A DNA stretch of 64,000 bases from Blepharisma stoltei ATCC 30299 (lineage: Eukaryota; Protista; Ciliophora), in contig CBFDEM010000055.1 in NCBI GenBank assembly GCA_965603825.1, positions 248,001-312,000 of the forward strand, read 5' to 3'. Positions 36,129-47,920 of this stretch are shown in pieces (the first letter of the stretch is position 1; every line of letters starts with the position of its first letter). The position numbers were made by a program, and so were the translations under genes. A model generated the notes under the pieces. The model was not told the origin of the DNA. It searched no databases and saw only the letters and a program-made list of their open reading frames with translations.

Positions 36129-37478
36129 ATGCTGGGTTACATATTCCTATTATTAAGTCATGTAATTTCCCAAGAGATAGAACATGCGATTATATACGGG
36201 AGTACCGAAGGGTTAGGATATTATTACGTTGATATATGGGTAGGCACCCCTGCAGTCAAACAAACTGTTATTGTTGATACAGGAAGCAGGCTCACTGCGT
36301 TTCCTTGTGCAGGTTGCGAAAATTGTGGCCAACACATGGACTCTTATTTCGATTATTCAAAATCCAAGACCGCCTCTTTGGTTTCTTGTGAAGAAGCCGT
36401 GTGCTCTTCTTGCAATGACCAAAAATGCGGGTACTCTCTAAGTTATGCTGAGGGAAGCTCTATTTCTGGCTTCCTTATTGAAGATTTCGTGACCTTCGGC
36501 GACGACTTTGAGCATTCCAAAGCCGTTCCTTTGAAATTTGGCTGCCATAAAAGAGAAACCAATTTCTTTCGGACTCAAAAAGCTGATGGAATCATGGGTT
36601 TGGCCTTCCCCAAGAGTAAAACCCCATCTATCGTAGATATGCTATATCGAAGCCGCGATATTTCTGCTGATATTTTTGCTATTTGTTTTGGCAAGGAAGA
36701 TGGATACATGACAATTGGAGGTTATAACGCTTCCTTGCATTTAACTCCTATAAAATGGGCTACTTTATATGATGACGCACTTTATTCAGTGTCATTGAGA
36801 GGGGTTATTGTAGGCGGGGTTGCAGTAAATTTGAACTCCAAAGAAAACTCCAAGCCAAATTCTATTGTGGATTCAGGGACAACTTACACAGTTTTTACAA
36901 GTTCTATTTATGATCAGTTGTGGAGTACAATAGAAGACATTTGTGAAGGAGAAGAATTTTGTGATGGCGAGGAAAAACACATTGCTGGGGAAGATAATGC
37001 TTGCTATGTGTATGATCATAAAAAATATCAGGATATTTATGATTTCTTTGAGACTTTTCCGATAATTACTCTGTTGATTGACAATATCAACGTAGACTGG
37101 ATGCCTGAGTACTATTTGTCAGCGTGGCCTGACCATCCTAATGTATATTGTATAGGAATTTATAGTGGGGCTGAGAACATTTTAGGAAGCAATTTCATGA
37201 GGGGGCATGATATAGTGTTTGATAGGAAAACTGACCAAATTGGTTTTGCCGCATCTGATTGCAATCCAATTTATGTTCATGGGAATTCTAGGACTATCCA
37301 TGAAAAATATCCAAGCTCAAGGGTGATTCAAACCTCTGAATTTGCCTATCAATTTTCAATATTAACTGGGATTTTCTCCAGTTTGTTTTTATTGCTAGGT
37401 TATTTTGGCTATCGAAAGATTGTGCAATGAAAAAATAGAATCAACAAAGAGGAGCGGTCTGAAGAAATGCCAGCATAA
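36129..37478 (+). CDS. A1-family aspartic protease with C-terminal TM (plasmepsin V/ASP5-like)
   Basis: Signal peptide, YYYVDIWVGTP, IVDTGS..AFPC.GC.NCG.H, FGCH..E...F..Q.ADGIMGL, IVDSGTT, ILG.NFMRGHDIVFD, then a TM. Reads through TGA 37428-37430 to TAA 37476-37478. Confidence 0.9.
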
Positions 37479-37502
37479 TTAAAGTAATATAATTTAATTT
37501 AA

Positions 37503-38630
37503 ATGGGAGGTAAATCATCTAAAAAAACTATTATCCCATTGAAGCAGCCTAAAAATTTTGAAAATACAGTAAACTTTATATAGAAATCATATGATGCTTT
37601 GGTCAGATCAAACTCAAAACGAAATTTAAAGCGAGTCCAAGATTTAGATGTTACTCCTCCACAGTCACCTAGAGAAACACATGGACAGCTGCATAGAGAG
37701 CTGAATATGATAGTAGAAAAGAAAAAAAAAGAAATGAGTTTTCAATGAAATTTCAAAACATTCACCAATAATACAGAAATTCAAAAAATTGATATTAATA
37801 AAGCACAGCATTATTTACGAAAACACAAAAGGGAGCCTCGAATTCCTATAAAAGTTGACCAGAAGTTTCCACCTAAAAAGAATTCTATGAATTATACTGA
37901 CCCAAAAGCAAAAGAAATTAAAAAAGAAATTTTTGTAGGTGAAGATATAGACTCTAGTGAAATTTTTGAAATTTCGACAAATAGGGATAAGCATATGAAA
38001 AGCAATGCAACACTTAAAAAGTTGGCACACACTTATACGCTGCCTATTAATAGGAAGAGAGGTAAAAAGAAAAAAGAAGATTCAAGGAGTATTGAAAATG
38101 ATGAAAGTGAAGCCCAAGCAAAATCAATTGTGCCTGTAGTCAAAAGGCAGCCTCCAGCATTAATACCGTTAAATATACAAGTTGAATCTGATATACTGCA
38201 AAATCAAAGATCACTGAAGTCTGCTTTGGCAAAAAATTGACTAAGATCAAATTCCCCTATGACATCTATGATTCAGTCAAAAGATCTGGCGAAGTCAATT
38301 TCGCCAGTCGTTGTAGCTTTAAGGAGCACAAAGTCAAAAACTAGGACAATTCCAGCCTTTATCATCAGACCTGACATATCAGTTTCCCCTAACATGCCCT
38401 CAACACCTGTGAAAAAGCAATCTCCGCCTCGATCTAAAGAAAGTTCTCCTACTCCTGCACAGAAGCATAACGGCCTCAACATTTCTTCTATCAATAAATC
38501 AGGCGCTTCGACCCCAATCCTTCCTAAAGGCTACAACAATAATCTGAGTCGGAAGTACAAATGGAAAGGATCCCATGGATATATTGTAGACTGAGAAATT
38601 ATATTAATTAAATTAATAATATTTGAATAA
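37503..38630 (+). CDS. Hypothetical protein with MG(G)KSS myristoylation-type N-terminus; intron 37569-37583; true end uncertain (38594 or 38630)
   Basis: Single frame with TGA at 37746, 38238 and 38592. First TAA at 38628-38630. Confidence 0.65.
37569..37583 (+). other. 15-nt intron (gtaaactttatatag)
   Basis: GT..AG, in-frame TAG, A at -6. Confidence 0.8.
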
Positions 38631-38696
38631 TGAATGTGTATCCTCTGATAAGATGCCGTAATTACTACCCATAAAACCTTTAGTTAGTATCATGGA

Positions 38697-39485
38697 TTAA
38701 TCTGTGATTTTTTCTTTAATTTGTGAATCTGGGGTTATACTGTCTGAATCAAAAATTGAGGCATTGATTTTATCTAAAAGAAGGTCTAGCAAATTATCCC
38801 TGTTTCCTATGTTTTTTAAGTCCTGCTTAGCTTTATTCATCAGCGATTTCACACGATTTTTGACAGCACTTTCAGTTCTATTTGGTATTGCTTTTACTAT
38901 GAGGGTTCATTTATTGCCAAAAGTTTTGTAAGCGTCCAGAAGTGCTTTATCTTGGTGAAGAGTTCAAGGTCCACGGTCTATTTCTGGGTTCAAATGATTA
39001 TTTCATCTTTCTTTTGCTTGCTTTCCTGTGCGTATTTTTAAATCCTGGTGAATTTCTTTATTCAATATATTTGCAATTTCACCCCATTTTTTCATTCCTG
39101 AAGCGATCAGAGACTCCAATTTTTCATCTTCCGCTTGAGACCATATTCCAGGTTTTAAGGTGCCACTCATCATAATTTCCCGCAACTTCATCATACATTT
39201 ATAAGGATCCTGATTGATTTTTAATGAAATTTCTGTAAAATCAGATATATCGAGCTCGTTTAAGCTTTTCCCCATTTGGCTGCAGAGCTCGTTTGCTAGT
39301 GAGTAAAGGGTTTGGATTTTTCTCTTATCCCATACTCTGGAATATTTAAATTTCGGAGCATTTTCTTCAACGGTTTCAGGAGAAGCTATTAGAGGATAAC
39401 TTAATGGGAGGAGAGAAGCCACCTGAGGCACTATAGGGTATGTGGCCTGAGGAAAGAAAAAGCGTTGCTCTTGATCTTCAGCCAT
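38697..39485 (-). CDS. Myb transcription factor (two clear repeats, possibly a degenerate N-terminal third)
   Basis: GIWSQAEDEKL...KKWGEIA...RTGKQAKER(TGA 39003-39005)NNHLNP...GP(TGA 38964-38966)TLHQD...GNK(TGA 38907-38909)...NRTESAVKNR. Confidence 0.92.
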
Positions 39486-40283
39486 TTAAAATTATGATCG
39501 ATTATAACCATTAGAATTAATTTGAAATTAAGAGCTTATTGGTGACTTCCATAGAATTATTAGTAAATTTCAATAGCGCATTTTTAAAAAGATCGTAACG
39601 TTTATATTAATATAAAGAGACATAAGTTTAAAATTCATTATAAATAGATCAGACTGAAGAAAAAAAATATCATAAAAATGGTCTATGGGAAGTGTTTTGA
39701 GGTGAATAAAATGAGTTTTTATAATTTTTTATTATCATATATCTAGAGATTCCGAACTAATGCATAATTGTAAATGAATTAATAAGCCATTATTTAATAA
39801 AAAAATTCAAATTTAATATTGAATTTGAGATGATAATCGATATTTGATATGCGCTTTTTCTAAAATTTTGTATTGATTTCAATGATTATTCGATTATTAT
39901 TTGGTTCTGGAGAAAGCTTGTCCATTTTTTTTATTTTCATATTTCTGAGTTACTGAAAACAATTTAAAATTTAAGGGCATTGAAAGGGTTTTATTCTTAT
40001 ACTTCTATTGTTTTAAAATCAATGCATGGATTACTCATTAAAATCCTGGGCTTTGAAAAGAAATTTCAGTTATTTTATAAAAACTCGAAGTTTTTTATTA
40101 CTTAGATAATTTTTTAAAAATTATAAGTCTTGTCGGATTATAAAACTATATGTTTAGTTTATATAAATATAAATAAATAATTCACATAACTAAATTAGCT
40201 AAAATGAATTTAATTTTAATTGCAATTAATTACTGTCAAATTTAATTTTGATATTTTGATATTTTGATATATTTATAATTATG

Positions 40284-41831
40284 TTAAGAAAACTCATACG
40301 ATTGAAAATTATCCTGCAAAAATATTTGATCGCTATCATCTTCATGGAAATATTCAGAAATCAGACCTTTTGCAATTGTCTCAATAACTTTATTTTCATG
40401 ATGTGATAGCCCATCAATAACATCTACTAAATTTGCTTTCTCAAATTCAAGTTTCATTGCCTCAAGTCTGCTTTCATCTGAAGCTAGCTTTAGTAGCTGA
40501 AAAGCAGACTCTAGCAGTAGCTTGATCAATTTCACATCACTATTTATTTCTATAGATTGGCCAAAGGCTAATAAAATTCCTTTATTCACTAGCTCAAAAA
40601 TATCTTCAATTTCTCCTCTGAAAAAACAATTTGCTATAACATAGCCGCATTCATATTTTATGCCTTCATCATTTTCTGTAAGTCCTCTTATTGCAATATC
40701 TATAAGATCGCTATTTATAATCCTCTTGACTTGGGATGCTGATCCAGCTGTGATGTTGCTTAAAGCCCAGAACCCTTCTTTTCTTATGTGATAATCCAAA
40801 GACCTTACAGCTTTATGAATTTTCTCAATGGCGCCAAGATTTATGACGTATTCAGCTTGGCTCACATTGCCCCCTAATAAATTGCCTAGTGCTTTGTATG
40901 CCAATAAAGAAGCTGCTTGATTTGGCAAATCACATGAATCAATAATTATAGGTCCATATCCATTATCAATAATTGCTTGAAGCCATTTTTCTTTCCCATT
41001 TGTTATGCAATATAAAATCGTTAGCAAGTCTTCTATCTCTCTAGTGCTAGCTGCTTGAAAAAGTGGCTTAATTAAAGTCAGCAATTTTTTAACTAGTTCA
41101 ATATTAGCATGTATGATTGATCTTGATATATTTTTCAATGCATATAATAGTGCATTTAAGGCTGGGCTCGGATGCTCATGCATATCTTTAAGTAAATTTA
41201 CAAGAAATTCAAAAACATATGACTTGATCATGAGGACTCTATATTCTTTGTGATCGCCTGCTATGTTTCCAAGACATCATACTGCATTTTCAATAATATC
41301 TAGGCTTTCGCTATTTATTACACCAAGACATGCAGGTATTATACCTTTGCTTATGAGTATTTCTACTATTTCATGGGAACATGAAGCGAGATTGCATAAT
41401 GCCCATGATGCCTCATATTGAACTTCTTTTGGATTATGGGGGTTTAAAAGGTCTATATAGCTTTGAATATAGCCAAGCTCTGCATATATTTGTGCTTTAT
41501 CAAGGATAGCTTCTCCTCTTGTTAAAAAATGTCTGGTAATTCTTAATGCTTCTAGCTTGAGTTCTGATGAATATTCCCCAATTAAGATGTTTTTAAAGGT
41601 TTCTAAGGAATAGTGAATGTCATTAAGGTTTCTTATTAGATCTGGGAACGTAAGTCTAAATACTTTTGAAATTTTGCTCGCTGGCAAATCATCCTTTTTT
41701 GCGCGTCTTTCCATTTGTTGCTCACGACGTTTTTTTCTTCGGAGATTGACACTGAATTGTTCGTGCTGCTCTAGAACTACGCCTAAATTTGGTTGCTGGA
41801 AACAATTGTTACGTTCTGCCAATCTTTGCAT
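40284..41831 (-). CDS. Importin-alpha (karyopherin alpha), divergent
   Basis: IBB-like SVNLRRKKRREQQMERR, QYEASWALCNLAS, ENAV(TGA 41277-41279)CLGNIAGD, RKEGFWALSNITAG. Confidence 0.9.
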
Positions 41832-42637
41832 TTGGGGTATATCTTATTATCATTTAATTAGAAATATGATTAAAAATCAGATATATTAGAAATTGAGTAA
41901 ATATAAAATATAATAAAATAAGCTTCATTAAGTAAATCAATCAAAAATTACTCAGAGATGCTTTTGCTCTCTTAGCTATATTTTTCTCCTAGACTAAACA
42001 TAATTCTAAATATTCTAATTGAGCACGATTATTATACCTTAACAAGATTGATATTTGCTTTCCTCATCAGTTAAAAATTAGCAGAAGGAGAAAAATTTTT
42101 GCCTATAACCTACGCTAAAATACAAAATCTTTCTAAGTCCAAATTTCATTTCTGTATGCTAAATAAGCTCCAGATAGATATTTCGTATCAATATAGAAAT
42201 AAGGCTATTGGCAAACAAACTTGCTTTTGATCATCTTAATAATAGCAAGATTTTCCTCCCTGTTTCATTTTTACTAGAAACTTCTTCTCACACGTCAACC
42301 AATTTTAGGTGCATTAATACGACTAAAGAGTTTATTTATAGAGCCTCTACAACTTTTTGCATTTCTTTGCAGTCTTCTTTTCTCCAAAGAAAAACACAAC
42401 AAGAATATGAAAATTTTGGATATCTCATAGATAAGCAAAAGATCCTCCTCTTTAACCTTAATTAAGGCAATTCATGACGATTTATCTTAATTCGACTTAA
42501 TCAACATTCCCAAAATTTTTTGCTCAACTAATTGGGGTTTTATAAGTAAAATAGAGATATTGCGTCATATTTCCCTATTAAATAAACTTTTGTTCAACAT
42601 TTAAGCCCATCGAAAAGAGTGGCTTATAATAAATAAA

Positions 42638-43546
42638 ATGGTAGAAGGAACAACTAGGACAGATATCAGCCTTCAAGTCGGAGAAGTCCCAACCCAGCCT
42701 GGCGTCCAAGCTTACATCCACTTAACAACTGGAGACAATCTTTCAGCTAAAGCCAAAGAAACTGTAGCTGCTGAAATTGGATCAGCCCCTCAAGACTTCA
42801 ATGCTTACGTCGTCATCAACTGTTCCTCAGCTGAAGGAGCTGAAGAGGTCAAAGGTCTCTTAGCTAAAGTCTGGACTGGAATTTCCTCCGGATCTGCTGA
42901 AGATGATGTTTCAAAAGCTCTTAATGCCTTACTCGTTTCAGACGCCCCTCACTTCAACCCAGAAATCGCTGTTCACGGAACCAAGGTTGTTGTCCGCGGA
43001 GTCCCAAGCGAAGCTAAACAAGCTGAATTCTCAGGAATCCAAGAAATGGTCAGAGGAATGGCTGGACACGTCTTTGGACATGATCAGACAATTCATCTTG
43101 AATTCGATATTGGCCACGAAATCGGAGCAATCCTCTTAAGCGAGAACAAAATTGTTGACGCTTTGAACTCCTTGAGACTTAGCTTTGCCTTCCACGGTGC
43201 ATCAACCCTTGCTTCTGATTTATTAGGAGTTGCTGAAGGTCTAAATGCAGACACCACCATCCTGAGAGCTCTTAGAGTCCTCACTGTCTACCAAAGTGCT
43301 GATCTCCAATTGAAATTCAGATCTGCAAGCCAATTACCTGACTCTGTCAAAGAGAAAGCACAAAGAGTTGCAGCAAAAGCTAACCTTGCTGAATTAAAGG
43401 GACAAGCTCCTCCTCAAGTAGTCAGCTTCCTTGGAAAACTCTCTGAGCACACCACTGGAGATTTACACGTCTTTGTTTCAGCTGGAAGACTTACTGCTGA
43501 ATTCAAGCTCCACGCCCCTGGCCTCTTACGCGCTCTTTCAGCCTAA
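42638..43546 (+). CDS. Hypothetical 302-aa protein with strong codon bias (probably highly expressed)
   Basis: Uninterrupted ORF, visibly more GC-rich than its neighbours, enriched in GTC/ATC/TTC/CAC/AAC/GCT codons. Confidence 0.8.
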   Translation: MVEGTTRTDISLQVGEVPTQPGVQAYIHLTTGDNLSAKAKETVAAEIGSAPQDFNAYVVINCSSAEGAEEVKGLLAKVWTGISSGSAEDDVSKALNALLVSDAPHFNPEIAVHGTKVVVRGVPSEAKQAEFSGIQEMVRGMAGHVFGHDQTIHLEFDIGHEIGAILLSENKIVDALNSLRLSFAFHGASTLASDLLGVAEGLNADTTILRALRVLTVYQSADLQLKFRSASQLPDSVKEKAQRVAAKANLAELKGQAPPQVVSFLGKLSEHTTGDLHVFVSAGRLTAEFKLHAPGLLRALSA

Positions 43547-43794
43547 TTAACTTAAAAAATGCTTAGTCAAAATAATTTTCTATATTAAATCTGCAATAAA
43601 TTGGTATGATCTTTAGATAAAAAATTTCTGATTTCAATCCTTTATTATAATTTATAAATTTAACTATCCTGATATAAAAAGAAATTTTAATAAGGCCTTT
43701 CCGATTTCCAAGTATTTAATGAAATTATATTTTTTCTCCATAGAAACCGCTTAATTTTATACTATTTTAATAATTTAATAGAATAAGTTATATT

Positions 43795-44685
43795 TTATTG
43801 TCCTGAGTCTAGTGCTTTTGATGGTGAATTATTTACATTGTATCTTTGGTTCACAATATGCACATGGTCAGCAATTTGCATGTGTCCGTCTAGTTTTTCA
43901 ATATAGCTAGCATGAAAATGGTGAAGCATATTTTCATTCCCAAGTGATACAAATGTAGCGTTAAACCTAAAATGTGATCCTTTCTGCAATGACCTCAGCG
44001 TGCTTATGTTTGATCCAAAATCATGGTCGTCCATTGTCAAAATTATATCTGCATGAATATTTGACTCAGTCGGGACCATTTTAGCCAATATCACAACTGC
44101 ATGATCTCCCCTAAAGATATAGCCTCCTGGGTTTTGTGTGGCTCTTACTAAATACCCATCCCATTGGACCGTTTTTCCTTCATATAAAGTTTTGAATTTT
44201 TGTGATGCCCTTACTCCATTCACAAGGACAACTTCCATCCCACAGTCTTTTAAGTACTCTTCTCACGTAGCGTTACTATAAATAATTTCTTTTGGTGGTG
44301 GTATTGAAATATACCATCAATACATGATAAGTGCCGAGACAACTATGGTTATAGCTAATAAATAGGTTCTTGTCATCACAATTACACAGTCTCCTAGTTT
44401 GATAGTCAAAACTTCATCTTTTAGGCTGAAGAGACCAAATGGCTGCTTAGTTTCGAGCTTTGAGTTACATCTGGCGCATCTGATCACTATTGCTTTTGAT
44501 AGTGGGATTGCAAATGGGAGGATGCAAAATGACCAAATTCCGAATATCATGATAACAATGCATGCAATCAGACCTGTGAAGTAAGTGGCTTCAGGCTTGG
44601 AAAAACATGCAACTTTGGAATCACAATGACGGCAGAGTGCGTCTGGTCTAGATAAAAATTACTCTCTTTGGATTTGGTCTTCCAT
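43795..44685 (-). CDS. LITAF-type Zn domain, TM segment and wolframin-C-terminus-like (OB-fold) domain; intron 44648-44662
   Basis: CRHC-hydrophobic-FCILPF-RCARC (LITAF pattern); TM; AT(TGA)EEYLKDCG...YEGKTVQWDG...DIIL...LRSLQKGSHFRFNATF; 292 codons. Confidence 0.75.
44648..44662 (-). other. 15-nt intron (gtaatttttatctag)
   Basis: GT..AG, in-frame TAA, A at -6. Confidence 0.8.
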
Positions 44686-45221
44686 ATTGAAGTTTATAAT
44701 AAAAATAATCAAAGCATGATTAATAAGCAGCTATTTTAGATTTTTTCTGGAAGGATTTGGCTTTTGTTATTGGATTATGAAATAAAGATTTGCTTGGAGA
44801 AAATTAATTATATCTTCAGGATTGTATATGAATAAGTGTTGGTTGAATACCTTATTTTTGAATAGTCTGATTGCTTATTTCATATTCTTATTAGCTATTT
44901 CTATCTTAGAATAATAATTCATAGAATTTTAGCTATGCATATCGAATGACTATTTAGAAAGCTTTTCTAAGCTCAAAAATATATGATCTAGAAATAATAT
45001 TTGTTTGTATAAATCTACTCTTCGTATAATAAGCCGCTCATAAGGTTAATTTTCTAATTGCATAGAGAAATATATAGTAAAGTAAAATATATGAAAATGC
45101 TGAATTTGTCAAATATAAATTCATAATATTTATTCTATTTTAATATCAATTTCAATAGATTCAACTTAATAGAAAAAATTTTGAATATAACGCTAAGTAT
45201 TATTTATCTCTTGAAATAATT

Positions 45222-46697
45222 ATGGGCGATCAGACTCTTCTTCTTCCCAGTGCCACAAAAGACCAAGAGTGGTTCTCCTACTTTTTTATCTTCACAATAG
45301 AATTTGGTATTCTCTACTCAGAATATGCTTTAGAATCCGTTTTTGTTAATCCATATTTCAACCGACTAAACTGCTCAATTGTTTTCATATCAGTTCTGTG
45401 GTTGCTCCCATCCATTCTCAGTCTTGGCCTACAGCCTTTAATTCAAAAATATATCTATCAAGATTACTTGTTAATTACATCACACAAAAAAACATTAAGC
45501 TACATTTTTTGTTCACTTGCTCTATTTGGAATACTCATGTTCATATCAGCAGGGACGATATCTGAATGGTATTTTAAAGGCTCCATTTTATTTAACTCCA
45601 AGGCTCGGGACACTTCTCTTGTTTTAGGGGTTATTGGCTATCTTCTGATGGGAGTAAGTCACAATTCACTTTTTGATATGTTCTTAGGCTTGTCAGAAAC
45701 AGAAAAACTCAAAACTTATATAACTTGGGGATGTGTAGGGAGGATGTGTGGCTTTTTGCTAGCATCTATAGACTGCTTTGAGATTTATTCGTTATATATG
45801 TATTACAATGTAGGAGATAACATGACTTTGACATATTTTTTTTCGGCAGTTCTTTATTTATTTTCTATGTGCTTCGCAATCCCAACTCTATATGCAGGAA
45901 GACGAGAATCGGACAACTCGTTTTTTGTGTTCCCTGGGTTCAAGTTCTTATTGTCTGTCCCTAAAAAGATGCTTTTATTGATGATGTGCTATTTCTTTAC
46001 ATTTGGGTGTAATATATTGATTTCTATATATGCCACATCTTGGGTGTCCAATGCACTCATAACGGAAAAACATAAAGCAAATGAAGATAGAAGACTTTTT
46101 GATATGGGAGTATCATGAGGCGCCTTTACTTTATTTTTATCAGGAATAGTCACACTATTAATAATCAGCCTTATCCCTTATGTGAGGAAACAAAATTACT
46201 TAAAGGATAGCTACATTCTTGCTGGCGCTCACTTGATTTCTGCAGCTGCATTATTATCAACTTATAATATTGAAAATTTCCAATGGGTATTCATAATAAT
46301 ACCGCTTTGTGGGCTTTCTATAGGAGCTAATTTTTTGCTTCCCCAATGCTTGCTACAAGAAATTCAATTTCAATATGGAAAAATTTGTGATAAATTGTCG
46401 TATCCTCATAGAGGGGATTATTGCTCGACGGCTTATAAAACAGGCTCCAAGCTAGAGTCACTTTTGAGATTTTTATTAGATATCCCAAGTGAAGAGGACA
46501 AAATCCACCATTCAATTGAACAAAGTAAAGAATGGAGCAAAATTCTTAATTTGACTGCAATTTTTGCTCAGACTGTCATGTTCGGCCTTGCCCCTTATGT
46601 AATTGTGTTTTGGCTTGAAGGGGAAACTGTAAAATGGGGCATGGTGACTGCAGGGCTTTCTGCTCTAATTGGGGGACTTCTAGCATTTTTGTTATAA
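45222..46697 (+). CDS. MFS transporter, SLC45/sucrose-transporter-like
   Basis: IEFG..SEYALE...VLWLLPSILSLGLQPLI, about 12 hydrophobic segments, FDMGVS(TGA 46116-46118)GAF. Confidence 0.75.
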
Positions 46698-46720
46698 GCT
46701 AATATATAAATTATAGTAAG

Positions 46721-47881
46721 ATGGGAAACTCGTGTAGAAAGAAACTAAAGCCCAAGCCTACTGGTATTGAAGAAATGAAAAGCAAAGAAAACTCAGAAAA
46801 AGACGTAAATTTTAAATAGAACTTGCAGATTATTCTTTTCAATTTGAATCAAAATTCTTATCAGTCATTTTCTTTATCAGAAGCATTAAGCTTGAACTAT
46901 TTAAAAGAAAGCGAAGATGAATCATGAATTATGCTCTTAAAAAACACAAATGATGATGATTTATTGAAAATTATCAAATCCTTTGAGCTGCATCCCATAA
47001 TTAATTACGAGTTAGGATCAACATCGGTGAACCAAAATCAGTTTATATCATTTGATGACTATTTTCTATTAAGCATCAATGATTTTAGCACACAATTGTC
47101 GTCTCCTTCAACTGTTAAACTTTTGATTTGAAAAAAGTTCATGATGATTTTTTGTACTGAATTCGTATATGCTTTACAGGAAATTTTAAAAAATTATTTA
47201 AATTACACCCCGATTCAGCAAGCTGAAAGTGACAGTAGCTCAGCTAATGAAAGGCCAACTCTAGAGCTAGAAGAAGAATATCACTGCAGTGTAATCGAAG
47301 CAATTTATTATAAAATTTTTGAATTGACATTAAGACATCATGAATTTTTGGCACAGATGGTAGAAGAGGAAGCCAAAATGTGCTTGCAGTCTTCTAATGA
47401 AAGCAATTTAAGGAGGCGACTTGACTATGTCCCCAAGCTTTCAGTGGTAGAAAAGCAGTTGATTTTTATGAAAGATTTAATTAAGCCGAAAACTCCAGTA
47501 TTATTGGATCTTTTGCATTCCAAAAAGCTTTCTCAAAGCATGTCATATTATTTCTGGAGCTTAAAATCTAGAATAAAAGACGTAAAAAGAAAAGCAAAAT
47601 CTTGTGCTGAGTTACTAAAAAACGCTGAACACATTTATAATTCAATGGTCGAATTCGATATTTCCAAAAACAATAACAGCATCAGTGAGTCTATGAAATA
47701 TTTTTCAGCTATATCAACGATGTTTTTACTGATTGCTTTTGTGGATGGGGCGTTCGGAATGAATATCAGTCTCCCTGGAGGAGATGAAGACAACTACTGG
47801 CCTCTAGCTACAATTTTCTTATTCTGTATAGCAGATGTAGTCATATTATTTGCATGGTTTAAGTTGAAAAAATGGATTTAA
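46721..47881 (+). CDS. CorA/MRS2-family Mg2+ transporter; intron 46805-46819
   Basis: FELHP, MKYFSAISTMFL...GAFGMN and a second TM; two TGA=Trp; MGNSC N-terminus. Confidence 0.85.
46805..46819 (+). other. 15-nt intron (gtaaattttaaatag)
   Basis: GT..AG, in-frame TAG, A at -6. Confidence 0.8.
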
Positions 47882-47920
47882 ATCACAATTAAAGTATTTT
47901 AAGCTTCTAATATGTAACCA

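Noticed and set aside
40245-40272. Short (ttttgata)x3 tandem repeat
   Set aside because: It is trivial slippage in A/T-rich sequence and does not match a telomeric repeat.
39486-40283. tRNA/snoRNA or IES in the longer spacers (also 35656-36128, 44690-45220, 52860-53450)
   Set aside because: I found no cloverleaf/T-loop or convincing C/D pairs by eye, and no paralog to define excision boundaries. tRNAscan-SE, Infernal and germline reads would be needed.
41940-42500. Possible gene or pseudogene in the importin/42638 spacer (track ORF 42208-42465)
   Set aside because: It has a non-ATG start, no recognisable motif, and stops in the minus-strand frames. I cannot support it.
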